DNA of 64,000 nucleotides from Candidatus Aminicenantes bacterium UBA6072. GTDB taxonomy: Bacteria > Acidobacteriota > Aminicenantia > UBA2199. Within the stretch, counting starts at the first letter, position 1. The number at the start of each line of letters is the position of its first letter. This document shows, in pieces, positions 44,329 to 53,255 of this stretch. The position numbers and the translations under genes were made by a program. The stretch lies in assembly GCA_002436105.1 (NCBI GenBank), contig DIXU01000003.1, positions 107,773 through 171,772 on the forward strand, written 5' to 3'. A model generated the notes under the pieces. That model was not told the DNA's origin. It searched no databases and saw only the letters and a program-made list of their open reading frames with translations.

Positions 44329-45320
44329 TCGCCGTCGTCACCGGCGCCAACGGCTTCATGGGGCTGCAGCTGGTGAAGGATCAGCTCGCCCGCGGCAGCG
44401 CCGTGCGCGCCGTGGACCTGCACCGGGAAAGGCTGGACGCGCTCAGCGCCGGACCGGCACTGGAGATTTTCCAGGCCGACATCGGCGACCCGGAGACGAT
44501 GAGGAAGATCGTGTCCGGGGCCGACGTGGTCTTTCACCTGGCCAGCGCCCACCTGGTGGTCAGCCTGGGCGAAGAGGCCTACTGGCGGATCAACCGCGAC
44601 GGGGCCCGCCGGCTCGTCCGCCTCTGCGGCGAGGCCGGCGTCGGCCGCTTCGTCCACTGCAGCACTGTCGGCGTCTATGGCGAGATCAGCGATCCGCCCG
44701 CTGACGAAACGACTCCCTGCCATCCCGACCTGGTGTACGAGAAGAGCAAGCTGGCCGGAGAGGAAGCCGTGCGGGCCGAGGCGGAACGGACCGGACTGCC
44801 GCTGGTCGTGATCCGCCCGGTCTGGGTATACGGCCCGGGCTGCCCGCGCACCCAAAAACTGTTCCGCTCGCTGCGCAAGGGCACATTCGTCTTCATCGGT
44901 TCCGGCCGCAGCCTGCGCCACTGCATCCATATCGACGATTTCAACCTCGCCTGCGCGCTATGCGCCGCCCGGCCCGAGGCCGTGGGCGAGACGTTCATCA
45001 TCGGCGATTCCGCCGCGATCACCCTGCGCGAGCTCCTGGGCCACATGGCCGCCGCCTGCGGCTGTCGCCCGCCCAGGATCCGCCTGCCGCTGTTCCTGGC
45101 CCGCCCGCTCTTCGCCGCGGTGGAGCGGCTGTCGCTGATGCTGAAGCGCGAACCGCCGGTTTCCACCCGCACGCTGAAGTTCTTCACCAACAACACGGCG
45201 TTTTCCATCGCCAAGGCGCGGAGGCTTCTGGGATTCGCGCCGCGCTACGACGTCGCCGCAGGCATGCGCCGCACCTGGGATGAGATCAGTCGCCCGCAAA
45301 CCGGCGGCGGGGAGCGCTGA
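44316..45320 (+). CDS. NAD-dependent epimerase/dehydratase (extended SDR)
   Basis: VVTGANGFMGLQLV Rossmann motif and the catalytic YEKSK. Confidence 0.88.
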   Translation: MRQMIAVVTGANGFMGLQLVKDQLARGSAVRAVDLHRERLDALSAGPALEIFQADIGDPETMRKIVSGADVVFHLASAHLVVSLGEEAYWRINRDGARRLVRLCGEAGVGRFVHCSTVGVYGEISDPPADETTPCHPDLVYEKSKLAGEEAVRAEAERTGLPLVVIRPVWVYGPGCPRTQKLFRSLRKGTFVFIGSGRSLRHCIHIDDFNLACALCAARPEAVGETFIIGDSAAITLRELLGHMAAACGCRPPRIRLPLFLARPLFAAVERLSLMLKREPPVSTRTLKFFTNNTAFSIAKARRLLGFAPRYDVAAGMRRTWDEISRPQTGGGER

Positions 45321-45322
45321 CC

Positions 45323-47185
45323 ATGTGCGGCATCTGCGGCTTCACCTGGGAGGACCCACCGGTCGTGCACGCCATGGCCGATGCGCTCTCCCACCGCGGC
45401 CCCGACCAGGACGGCTATCATTGCGCTCCCGGGATTTCCCTGGGGCACCGCCGGTTGTCGATCATCGACCTTTCCGAGAACGGACGCCAGCCCATCGCCA
45501 ACGAGGACGGCAGTTTGTGGCTGGTGCACAACGGCGAGATCTATAATTTCCGCGAAGTGCGGAGTTGGCTGGAAGGCCGCGGTCACGTCTTTCGCAGTCG
45601 CTCCGATTCGGAGGTGCTGCTGCACGCCTTCGAGGAGGAGGGCATGGATTGCCTGCGGCGCATGAACGGCATGTTCGCATTCGCCCTCTGGGACGCCAAG
45701 GGGCGGCGACTGCTGCTGGCGCGCGACCGGCTGGGAGAAAAACCGCTGTATTACTCCCAGTTTGGGGGGAAGCTCGCTTTCGCCTCGGAGATCAAGGCCC
45801 TGCTGCGGAACCCCGGCGTGCCCAGGGGGATCGACGACGAGGCCATCGACTGCTTCCTGGGCTTCGAGTTCATCCCCGCGCCGCTGACCGCCTTTGCCGG
45901 CATCCGGGCCCTGCCCGCCGGCCACTGGCTGGAATGGCGCGGGGAAAGCGCCGTGGTCCGCCCGTATTGGCGCCTGCGCCAGGAAAGCGAGGAACGCCCG
46001 GAAAAGGAGTGGATCGAGGCGCTGCGCGAGCATCTTGAGCGGGCCGTGCGCCTGCGCCTGGAAAGCGACGTGCCCCTGGGCGCATTTCTCTCCGGCGGCA
46101 TCGACTCGAGCACCGTGGTGGCCATGATGCGCCGCGCCGATGCCGGCCCCATCCGCACCTTCGCCCTGGGCTACAAGGAATCGGGATTTTCCGAATTCGC
46201 CTATGCCCGGAAGGTCGCTTGCCATTTCGCCACCGATCACAGCGAGCTGATGATCGACCCCATTACTCCGGAGGTCATCGAGAAGGCGGTCTGGCACCTG
46301 GACCAGCCTTTCTCCGAATTCTCGGTCCTGCCCTATTACCTGATCTGCCGCAAGGCCCGCGAGCACGTCACTGTCTGTCTTTCAGGGGAAGGGGGTGACG
46401 AGGTGTTCGCGGGCTATGACCGCTTCAAGGCCAGCAAGGCCGAACGCTACCTGCGCCGGCTTCCGGCTCCCCTGCGCCGGGCGGCCGGTCGCCTCGCCGC
46501 TTCCCTTCCCGACCGGCCCCAGAAAAAGGGCGCGTTGAACAGCCTGCGGCGCTTCTTTCAGGGGGCCGCCCTCCCCGCCGGCGGCCATATGCGCTGGCAG
46601 TATTTTCTCACCGCGGAAACCGCCGCGGGCATTTTCCGCCAGCGCAGCGGCGAGGAGGTCCTGGCCTCCACCCTGGCCTGGGCCGACCGCGCCGCCGAGG
46701 ATTCCGGGGGGCGCGGCGACCTGGAACGCGAGATCCTCTGCGAACTCGGGTTCATGATGCCCGAAAATCCCCTGATGAAGGTGGACAAGATGAGCATGGC
46801 CTGCGCACTGGAGATCCGCGCTCCGCTCATCGATCATGAGCTGGTCGAGTTCGCCATGCGCATCCCGGCCCGCCTCAAGCTGGCCGGCTGGACCACCAAG
46901 GCCGTGCTCAAGAAGGCCATGGCGGACCTTCTTCCTCCGGGGATAGCGTACCGGCCCAAGCACGGCTTCAGCTTTCCGATCAAGCACTGGCTGCGCGGCG
47001 ACCTGCTTTCCTACATGGACGATGTGCTGAACGGCTCGCCGCTCATCGCCGAGAGGTTCGACGGCAAAGCCGTCCGGCGTCTCGTCGCCGAGCACCGCGC
47101 CGGCAGCAGGAACCACGATCACCTCCTGTGGAGCCTGGTGAACCTTGCCCTGTGGCACAGGCGATTCCTGGCTCCGCACCCCTGA
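45323..47185 (+). CDS. asnB: Asparagine synthase (glutamine-hydrolysing) family amidotransferase
   Basis: MCGICGF N-terminal nucleophile, and the PP-loop SGGIDSS. Confidence 0.92.
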   Translation: MCGICGFTWEDPPVVHAMADALSHRGPDQDGYHCAPGISLGHRRLSIIDLSENGRQPIANEDGSLWLVHNGEIYNFREVRSWLEGRGHVFRSRSDSEVLLHAFEEEGMDCLRRMNGMFAFALWDAKGRRLLLARDRLGEKPLYYSQFGGKLAFASEIKALLRNPGVPRGIDDEAIDCFLGFEFIPAPLTAFAGIRALPAGHWLEWRGESAVVRPYWRLRQESEERPEKEWIEALREHLERAVRLRLESDVPLGAFLSGGIDSSTVVAMMRRADAGPIRTFALGYKESGFSEFAYARKVACHFATDHSELMIDPITPEVIEKAVWHLDQPFSEFSVLPYYLICRKAREHVTVCLSGEGGDEVFAGYDRFKASKAERYLRRLPAPLRRAAGRLAASLPDRPQKKGALNSLRRFFQGAALPAGGHMRWQYFLTAETAAGIFRQRSGEEVLASTLAWADRAAEDSGGRGDLEREILCELGFMMPENPLMKVDKMSMACALEIRAPLIDHELVEFAMRIPARLKLAGWTTKAVLKKAMADLLPPGIAYRPKHGFSFPIKHWLRGDLLSYMDDVLNGSPLIAERFDGKAVRRLVAEHRAGSRNHDHLLWSLVNLALWHRRFLAPHP

Positions 47186-47186
47186 C

Positions 47187-47984
47187 ATGTTCTCGCGCAT
47201 CGCCGTCGATTTCCACCTGCATTTTTACAGGGATTACGACCCGGAGATCTTCTGGCAGGCGTTATGCCGCAACCTGGCCGGGGATGCGATCGCCCGGCTG
47301 GATGACAGGATCCCCCTTCAGCGCCTGGCTCTGCTGACCGAGGCGCCGGGTTGCGACTGGTTCCGCCGCTGGGCCGCGCCGGGGGCGGCGCTGCCGGGAG
47401 GCTATTCTTTCGCGGCCACTTCCGAGCCCTACTCCCTGGCCCTGTCCGCCAACCGCGAGATCCTGGCCCTGATCGTCCGGGGCCGGCAGATCATCACCGC
47501 GGAGCGCCTCGAAGTACTGACCGCGGGCGACTTTCCCGCCGTCGAGGACGGGCTGCCGCTGGCTCGCGTGCTGGAGGCGCTGGCCGCAGCCGGAGCCCTG
47601 GCCATCATCCCCTGGGGAGCCGGCAAATGGCTCGGCGGCCGCGGCCGCCTGCTGAGGAGGCTGGCATCGACCCCGGCCCCGCCACGGGTATTCCTGGCCG
47701 ACAACCCGGCCCGGCCTTGCTTCTGGCCGGCACCGCGCGCCTTCCGCATGATGGAGCGCCAGGGCCGGCCTGTCCTGCGCGGTTCCGACCCGCTGCCGCT
47801 CCCCGGGGAAGAGCGGCGGGCAGGTTCTTTTGCGAGTCGCTTCGAGGCGGAATTCGATCCGCTCCGGCCCCTGGCGTCCCTGCTGAAGTTACTGGACGGG
47901 AATGCCCTCATCCGGGACCTGGGCCGGCCGGACGGAGTGTTCACCTTCTTTTCCAGGCAAATCGGCTTGCGCTTGCGCACATAG
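47187..47984 (+). CDS. Hypothetical protein (possible metal-dependent hydrolase)
   Basis: 265 aa from MFSRIAVDFHLHFY, 1 nt after the asnB stop. Only the DFHLH motif hints at a PHP/amidohydrolase-like metal site. Confidence 0.5.
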   Translation: MFSRIAVDFHLHFYRDYDPEIFWQALCRNLAGDAIARLDDRIPLQRLALLTEAPGCDWFRRWAAPGAALPGGYSFAATSEPYSLALSANREILALIVRGRQIITAERLEVLTAGDFPAVEDGLPLARVLEALAAAGALAIIPWGAGKWLGGRGRLLRRLASTPAPPRVFLADNPARPCFWPAPRAFRMMERQGRPVLRGSDPLPLPGEERRAGSFASRFEAEFDPLRPLASLLKLLDGNALIRDLGRPDGVFTFFSRQIGLRLRT

Positions 47985-48025
47985 AACGAATGGATGCAGG
48001 GAAAAGCCTCAAGCGCTCCGGTCGC

Positions 48026-49384
48026 TCAAGAAGAGGCCAATTGCCCGGTCCGTGCCGCGATCTCGACGGGAATGACGGCCGGAACGGATCCCTTTTCATG
48101 GAACCAGGTGATCAATTCCCTTTTCAGGTCAAAAAACAGCCGATATTTCCCAGGAGGCAGGGTTAAGGACAGTTCGGTCCGGAAGGCGAACGTCTCGCCC
48201 ACGGCGACATCCTTGGGGATGACGATCTCGCCCAGTGCGGGGTTCAGCAGGCTTCCGGATTCGTCCAGCAGCTGGATGCCGATGGCGATGCGATGGCTCA
48301 AGCCCTTGGTATGCCAGGTGAAATTGCATTCATTGGTCAATTGGATGTCCAGCCCCAGCTTGGCCGCGCCGGCAATGATTTTGCTCGCGCCGCTGACCTG
48401 GATCCGGCCCCGGTAAACGAGAGGAGAGAAAACGATATCGCTTTTCCAGGCCCCTTTTTTAACCGCGTTGCCCTCCTTTTTGAACGTGACCGCCAGGGAG
48501 GTGAACACGGAGTTCAGGAAGCGCAGTATCACATGGGGGGACTTGAACACTTCCTGGGGCAGCTTGACCCAATTGTGCAGATAATGATCCTCGATCCTCA
48601 GGTCCATCCCGCTTTCCGCCAATAGGAATCCGTTCCTTTCGAACAGGTCAAGGACTTCGTTGACGGAAAAAATCCTGGTGTTGGGCACGCGGCCAGCCAG
48701 CCGATTCAGCCGGATCTCGGTCGTGATCGTGCATGCCCCGCCCGGCTTCAATACGCGGTACATTTCGGCGATCGCCTTTTCGATCTGGCGGAGACCGCCG
48801 AAATGCTCGATGGAAGACGCCGAGAAAACGAAATCAAAGGAGTTGTCGGCGAATTGCAGTTCCAGGGCGTTCATGCGCCTGAAATCAAGGTTTTCCCGGG
48901 GATACAGGAAAGGGGCGTATTTCTCGGGAATGTCGGGAATATCGGGCTCGTCCTCGCCCCCCAGGAAACTTCCCTCATAGAGATCGACGGCGACCATCTT
49001 TTTTATCTTGTAGGCCAGGTAATACAAAATCTGCTCCCGGCCGGCGCCGATGGCCAGGCCGCGGTTATCGGGATGCAGATAGCCCAGCTTTTTCAAGACA
49101 TAGATGATCTGGGTGAATTCCCATATCTTGCGATGGAAGCTCTCCTCATTCATGGAGAAAATGATGCGGAAATCCTCCAGAATGTCATGCCATTCCCGGT
49201 TGCAGAGATCGGCCACATGAGGGATCTTGTTCAGCGGCACGGCCGCGCGAGCCCTTTCTTCCTTCAGCTCCCGCCAATTTACGACCGGGTACAGCATCCT
49301 GTCGAATGGCCGCAGGAAGGCGTTGTAGGCCTTGTTGGAAAAAAGAACGCGGTTGATTGCCGTTTTCAGCTTTTGTGCAGGCAT
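48026..49384 (-). CDS. SAM-dependent methyltransferase with a C-terminal beta-rich domain
   Basis: GLAIGAGREQ (motif I), FDFVFSASSIEHFGG and VLKPGGACTITTE. The start is uncertain (49384 or 49441). Confidence 0.7.
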   Translation of the reverse strand: MPAQKLKTAINRVLFSNKAYNAFLRPFDRMLYPVVNWRELKEERARAAVPLNKIPHVADLCNREWHDILEDFRIIFSMNEESFHRKIWEFTQIIYVLKKLGYLHPDNRGLAIGAGREQILYYLAYKIKKMVAVDLYEGSFLGGEDEPDIPDIPEKYAPFLYPRENLDFRRMNALELQFADNSFDFVFSASSIEHFGGLRQIEKAIAEMYRVLKPGGACTITTEIRLNRLAGRVPNTRIFSVNEVLDLFERNGFLLAESGMDLRIEDHYLHNWVKLPQEVFKSPHVILRFLNSVFTSLAVTFKKEGNAVKKGAWKSDIVFSPLVYRGRIQVSGASKIIAGAAKLGLDIQLTNECNFTWHTKGLSHRIAIGIQLLDESGSLLNPALGEIVIPKDVAVGETFAFRTELSLTLPPGKYRLFFDLKRELITWFHEKGSVPAVIPVEIAARTGQLASS

Positions 49385-49536
49385 TGCGAGGCAAAATAGC
49401 ACAAAGCCGGCACGGTTGTCAAGCCGGCGCGATGGGGGCATCCTGACGGCGGCTCCAAGGCGCGAATGGGCGCGGAGCGCCGGCCCGGATCGCGGATATT
49501 CCCTTTCGCCCCCGATTTTGCTATAATATTTCCGTC

Positions 49537-51252
49537 ATGATCCCCAACAGCATCAGGATTTTTTTTATTCTCGCCCTGCTTTTCATCATCTTTTTCTCCT
49601 TCTCCGTCGACCTGGCCGACATCAAGCACGGAGGCTTTTTTTCCGACGAATCGACCTATTACGGCATTATCCAGAGCCTGGCCCTGGACGGCGACCTGAA
49701 GTACGAGCGCAAGGACATCCAGCGCATCCGGGAAAAATTCTGGGTCGGCCCCATGGGCCTGTTCCTGAAAAAAGGCAGGGACGGCCAGCTCTATTTCGCC
49801 AAGTCGTTCATCTATCCCCTGCTGGCGGCTCCTTTCTTCCGCCTGTTCGACGTGCATGGCATCCTGCTGGCCAACGGCCTGATGCTTCTGCTGGTGCTGT
49901 GGATGGGCTTCCTGCTCCTGCGCCGGTACCACCCGACGCAACAAAGCTTCTCCTTCACGCTCATCTACCTCTTTTCCAGCGTCGGCTTCATCTACATCTG
50001 GTGGACCACCGCCGATTTGTTCAATTTCTTCGTCAACTTCGCCGCCCTGTTCTTCTTTTTCTTTGCGTTCAAACGACCGGCCTGGAGCTACCTGGCCGCC
50101 CCGCTTTTCGCGGCCGCCGTCTTTTCCAAGCCCAATAACCTGCTGCATATCGGCGTTCTTTTCCTGCTGCTGCTCTACCGGAAGGAATGGAAGCGCTTCA
50201 TCGTCCTGGGCCTGCTTTGCGCGCTGTTCCTGGCCGGCCTGTTCGCCTTCAATTTCCTCCAGACCGGGGAGATCAACTACCAGGGCGGCGAGAGGAACTC
50301 GTTCTACGGAAAATTCCCGCTGGAAAGGGAGGATTTCACCTTCAGCAGCGGCAACCAGATGAGTACCGACACCTACTGGAGCCGCTTCTACCTGAGCCCG
50401 GAGATCGCCCTGTACAACCTGTTCTATTACATCTTCGGGCGCTTCACCGGCATGTTCATCTATTTCTTCCCCGCCGTGTTCATCCTGCTGCTCTTCTGTT
50501 TCCAGAAAAAGAGCAGCGAAGATTGGTTCCTGCTGGCCGGCATCATCCTGGCCATCCTGTGCTATGTCCTGCTCATGCCCGACAACTATTTCGGGGGCGG
50601 CGGATCCCTGGGCAATCGCTATTTCATGAACATCTTTCCCCTTTTCTTCTTCCTCGGCCACCGGAAGCGCAATTTCCGGTTTTCCATCGTCCCGCTGTTC
50701 GCCGCCGTGATCTTCCTCTCGCCGGTGTACATGGACTCGCTGTCCCATTCCGCCTCGCCGCGCTATCCGGGGGTCACCTTCCCCAGCCGGCTGTTTCCCG
50801 CCGAGAAGACCCAATACAGCACGCTGCCCAGCAACACCAATCCCAGGGCCTTCAATAAAAAGATCGGCGACCAATACACGCTGTTCATGCTCAATGACAG
50901 CTACAACCCGATCGAGGGCGATTTCTTCTGGACCAAAGCGGATCAGGAGTTGGAGTTCTTTCTGCTGGCTCCCCGCCGGGTCCGGTCCTTCGTGGTGCAA
51001 CTGAAGAACATTCCCAAGCCCAACCAGGTTTCCCTGGCGATCGAGCACAAGCGGCACAGGGTGTATATCGAGCCCGGAGGGGTGCGGTCGGTCGCTTTCA
51101 GCAAGGTGCCCGGCCTGCGCATCGATTCGCGGCGTTTTCTTTATCTGTTCAAGATCAGGAGCGACCGCTCCTTCTGTCCCTACTTCGAAGCGGCCGGTTC
51201 ACGTGACTTGCGCAAGCTGGGGGTACAGACCCGCATCCAGCTCCTGTACTGA
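49537..51252 (+). CDS. Polytopic membrane protein, GT-C-like glycosyltransferase
   Basis: 571 aa, more than 10 TM helices. First-loop motif SDESTYYGIIQSLALDGDL parallels the motif in the 53256 protein. Extended -10 TGcTATAAT (49522-49527) lies 9 nt upstream of the ATG. Confidence 0.65.
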   Translation: MIPNSIRIFFILALLFIIFFSFSVDLADIKHGGFFSDESTYYGIIQSLALDGDLKYERKDIQRIREKFWVGPMGLFLKKGRDGQLYFAKSFIYPLLAAPFFRLFDVHGILLANGLMLLLVLWMGFLLLRRYHPTQQSFSFTLIYLFSSVGFIYIWWTTADLFNFFVNFAALFFFFFAFKRPAWSYLAAPLFAAAVFSKPNNLLHIGVLFLLLLYRKEWKRFIVLGLLCALFLAGLFAFNFLQTGEINYQGGERNSFYGKFPLEREDFTFSSGNQMSTDTYWSRFYLSPEIALYNLFYYIFGRFTGMFIYFFPAVFILLLFCFQKKSSEDWFLLAGIILAILCYVLLMPDNYFGGGGSLGNRYFMNIFPLFFFLGHRKRNFRFSIVPLFAAVIFLSPVYMDSLSHSASPRYPGVTFPSRLFPAEKTQYSTLPSNTNPRAFNKKIGDQYTLFMLNDSYNPIEGDFFWTKADQELEFFLLAPRRVRSFVVQLKNIPKPNQVSLAIEHKRHRVYIEPGGVRSVAFSKVPGLRIDSRRFLYLFKIRSDRSFCPYFEAAGSRDLRKLGVQTRIQLLY

Positions 51253-51281
51253 GCCATTTGCCGGTGCCGTCCCGGCCGGGA

Positions 51282-51310
51282 TTGACAGGCCGCCGCGATT
51301 CTCCTACCAT
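51282..51310 (+). promoter_or_regulatory. Sigma70-type promoter, (near-)leaderless geometry
   Basis: TTGACA (51282-51287), N17, TACCAT (51305-51310), then 9 nt to ATG 51320. Confidence 0.5.
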
Positions 51311-51319
51311 GGAGCCAGG

Positions 51320-52066
51320 ATGAAGATCCAGGCCGACTTGCATATCCATTCGACCCTCTCGCCCTGTGCTTCCCTGGAGATGTCGCCGGCGGCGATCGTG
51401 CGCCGGGCCGCGGAACTCGCCCTGGACCTCATCGCCGTCACCGACCACAACAGCATGGAAAACGGCTTCACGGCGGCGGCGCTGGGAGAAAAAGCGGGAA
51501 TCAAGGTACTCTACGGCATGGAGGCGCAGACACGCGAAGACGTCCATGTGCTGTGCTATTTCGAGGACCGCCTCCAGGCCGAGCGTTTCAACCGGCACAT
51601 CTATGCGCTGCTGCCCGACACGCCGAACCATCCCGATTATTTCGGCGACCAGGTAGTGGTCGACGAGGAGGACAATATCGTCCGCCACGAGGAGAAACTC
51701 CTGCTCAACGCACTGGACATCTCCGTTCCCGAACTGGTCGACCTGGCGCGCCGCCATGACGGCCTCGTCGTCCCGGCCCATGTCGAGGCCCCGCCCTACG
51801 GCCTGCTGGTCAACCTGGGCATGGTGCCGGCCGAGCTCGAGGGCTCTCCGCTTGAGGTAGCCTGCGATACGGCCAGGGAACGCGTGCTGCGGGATTTTCC
51901 AGCCCTGGCCGGCCATCCGCTGCTTCGCAACTCCGACGCCCATTTTCTCAAGGATATCGGCAGGGCACGCACGGTATTCTCGGCTCCGTCACCGGCGCTG
52001 CCCCTGCTCCTGGCGGCGGCGAAAGCCGGGACGTTCCATGTCGTATGCCCGGAGTCCCATGGTTGA
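51320..52066 (+). CDS. PHP-domain phosphoesterase
   Basis: MKIQADLHIHSTLSPCA, IAVTDHNS and VVPAHVE metal-ligand motifs. Confidence 0.8.
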   Translation: MKIQADLHIHSTLSPCASLEMSPAAIVRRAAELALDLIAVTDHNSMENGFTAAALGEKAGIKVLYGMEAQTREDVHVLCYFEDRLQAERFNRHIYALLPDTPNHPDYFGDQVVVDEEDNIVRHEEKLLLNALDISVPELVDLARRHDGLVVPAHVEAPPYGLLVNLGMVPAELEGSPLEVACDTARERVLRDFPALAGHPLLRNSDAHFLKDIGRARTVFSAPSPALPLLLAAAKAGTFHVVCPESHG

Positions 52067-52613
52067 AGACCTTTGTTTTCACCTGGTGGACCTTGTGCAG
52101 AATTCCGTTGCCGCCGGCGCCCGCGTCATCCGCGTGCAGATCCGGGAATCCCGCGCTTCCGACACCCTGGAACTGGAAGTGGCTGACGATGGGCGCGGCA
52201 TGGATGACCGGACCCTGCTCCAGGCGCAGGACCCGTTCTTCACCAGCAAGGGCTACAAAAAAGTCGGCTTGGGCATCCCGCTGCTCAAGGCCACCACCGA
52301 AGCCTGCCGCGGCGATTTCGCCATCGCCAGCCGTCCGGGACGCGGCACGCGGATCCGGGCCAGCATGCAGAGGAGCCACCTGGACTGTCCGCCCCTGGGC
52401 GACCTCGAGGGGACCCTGCTCTCCTTGCTGGTCAGCCTGGATGCGGTGGACTTGCGCTTTTCCTTCCAGGGGGGGCGCGGGTCGTTCGCCGTCGCCTCGG
52501 CCGAGGCGCGCGCCCACGCCGGCGACCTGCCCCTGTCCCATCCTGATGTCTATCGCTTCCTCAAGGAATTCATCCGTTCCGGCCTGGGAGGGCTGCTGGC
52601 CCCGGCGCCATGA
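52059..52613 (+). CDS. Stand-alone GHKL (histidine-kinase-like) ATPase
   Basis: N-box DLVQNSVAAGA, G1 ADDGRGMD, G2 KVGLGIPLL. 8-nt overlap with the PHP gene (ATGGTTGA). Confidence 0.75.
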   Translation: MVEDLCFHLVDLVQNSVAAGARVIRVQIRESRASDTLELEVADDGRGMDDRTLLQAQDPFFTSKGYKKVGLGIPLLKATTEACRGDFAIASRPGRGTRIRASMQRSHLDCPPLGDLEGTLLSLLVSLDAVDLRFSFQGGRGSFAVASAEARAHAGDLPLSHPDVYRFLKEFIRSGLGGLLAPAP

Positions 52614-52750
52614 GCCGCCGGCGGCGGCGCCGCCTGGTTGATTCCGTTTTCTCCCCTGCGTTCCCCTTTCACGCGGATCCATCCTCCCCGGGCACCGGCG
52701 GATTCCGGCGGAATTGTCCCCGGCCGGGATTGTATGCTACAATGGCGGCC

Positions 52751-53230
52751 ATGGGCTTCGACAAAGACATCCTCATCGAAATCCTGAAAAATCTCGCCCT
52801 GTTCAGCGAGTTGAACTTCGGCGCCGTCAAGGAGCTGGCCTACCTTTTTTCCGAGCGGGTCTTCCAGGGCGGCGAGTCCATCTTCGAGGAGAACGAACCG
52901 GGCGATTCGCTGCTGGTGATCCTTTCCGGCGAGGTGCGCATCACCCAGCGCGCCGACGTCCACGGCGAGGAGACCCTGACCGTCCTAAAGAAAGGCGATT
53001 TCTTCGGCGAAATGGCCCTGCTGGAGGACCTGCCGCGCAGCGCCACCGCCATCGCCCACAGCGACACGTTCATCATGGAGATCAGCCGCGAGCGCTTCAT
53101 GCGCTTCGTGGAGAAGGATCCCGCCAGCGGCGTGAAGATCCTGATCACCCTGGCCCGCAGCCTCTCGGCGCGGCTGCGCGAGGCCGACAACAAGATCAAG
53201 GCCTACGTCAATCTCAGCCAATGGATCTGA
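52751..53230 (+). CDS. Stand-alone cyclic-nucleotide-binding (CAP effector) domain protein
   Basis: GDFFGEMALLEDLPRSATAIA phosphate-binding cassette. No DNA-binding domain. TACAAT (52738-52743) lies 7 nt upstream of ATG 52751. An alternative start is 52742. Confidence 0.85.
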   Translation: MGFDKDILIEILKNLALFSELNFGAVKELAYLFSERVFQGGESIFEENEPGDSLLVILSGEVRITQRADVHGEETLTVLKKGDFFGEMALLEDLPRSATAIAHSDTFIMEISRERFMRFVEKDPASGVKILITLARSLSARLREADNKIKAYVNLSQWI

Positions 53231-53255
53231 CCCTGCGCTTCTTTCAGCAGCCAGG

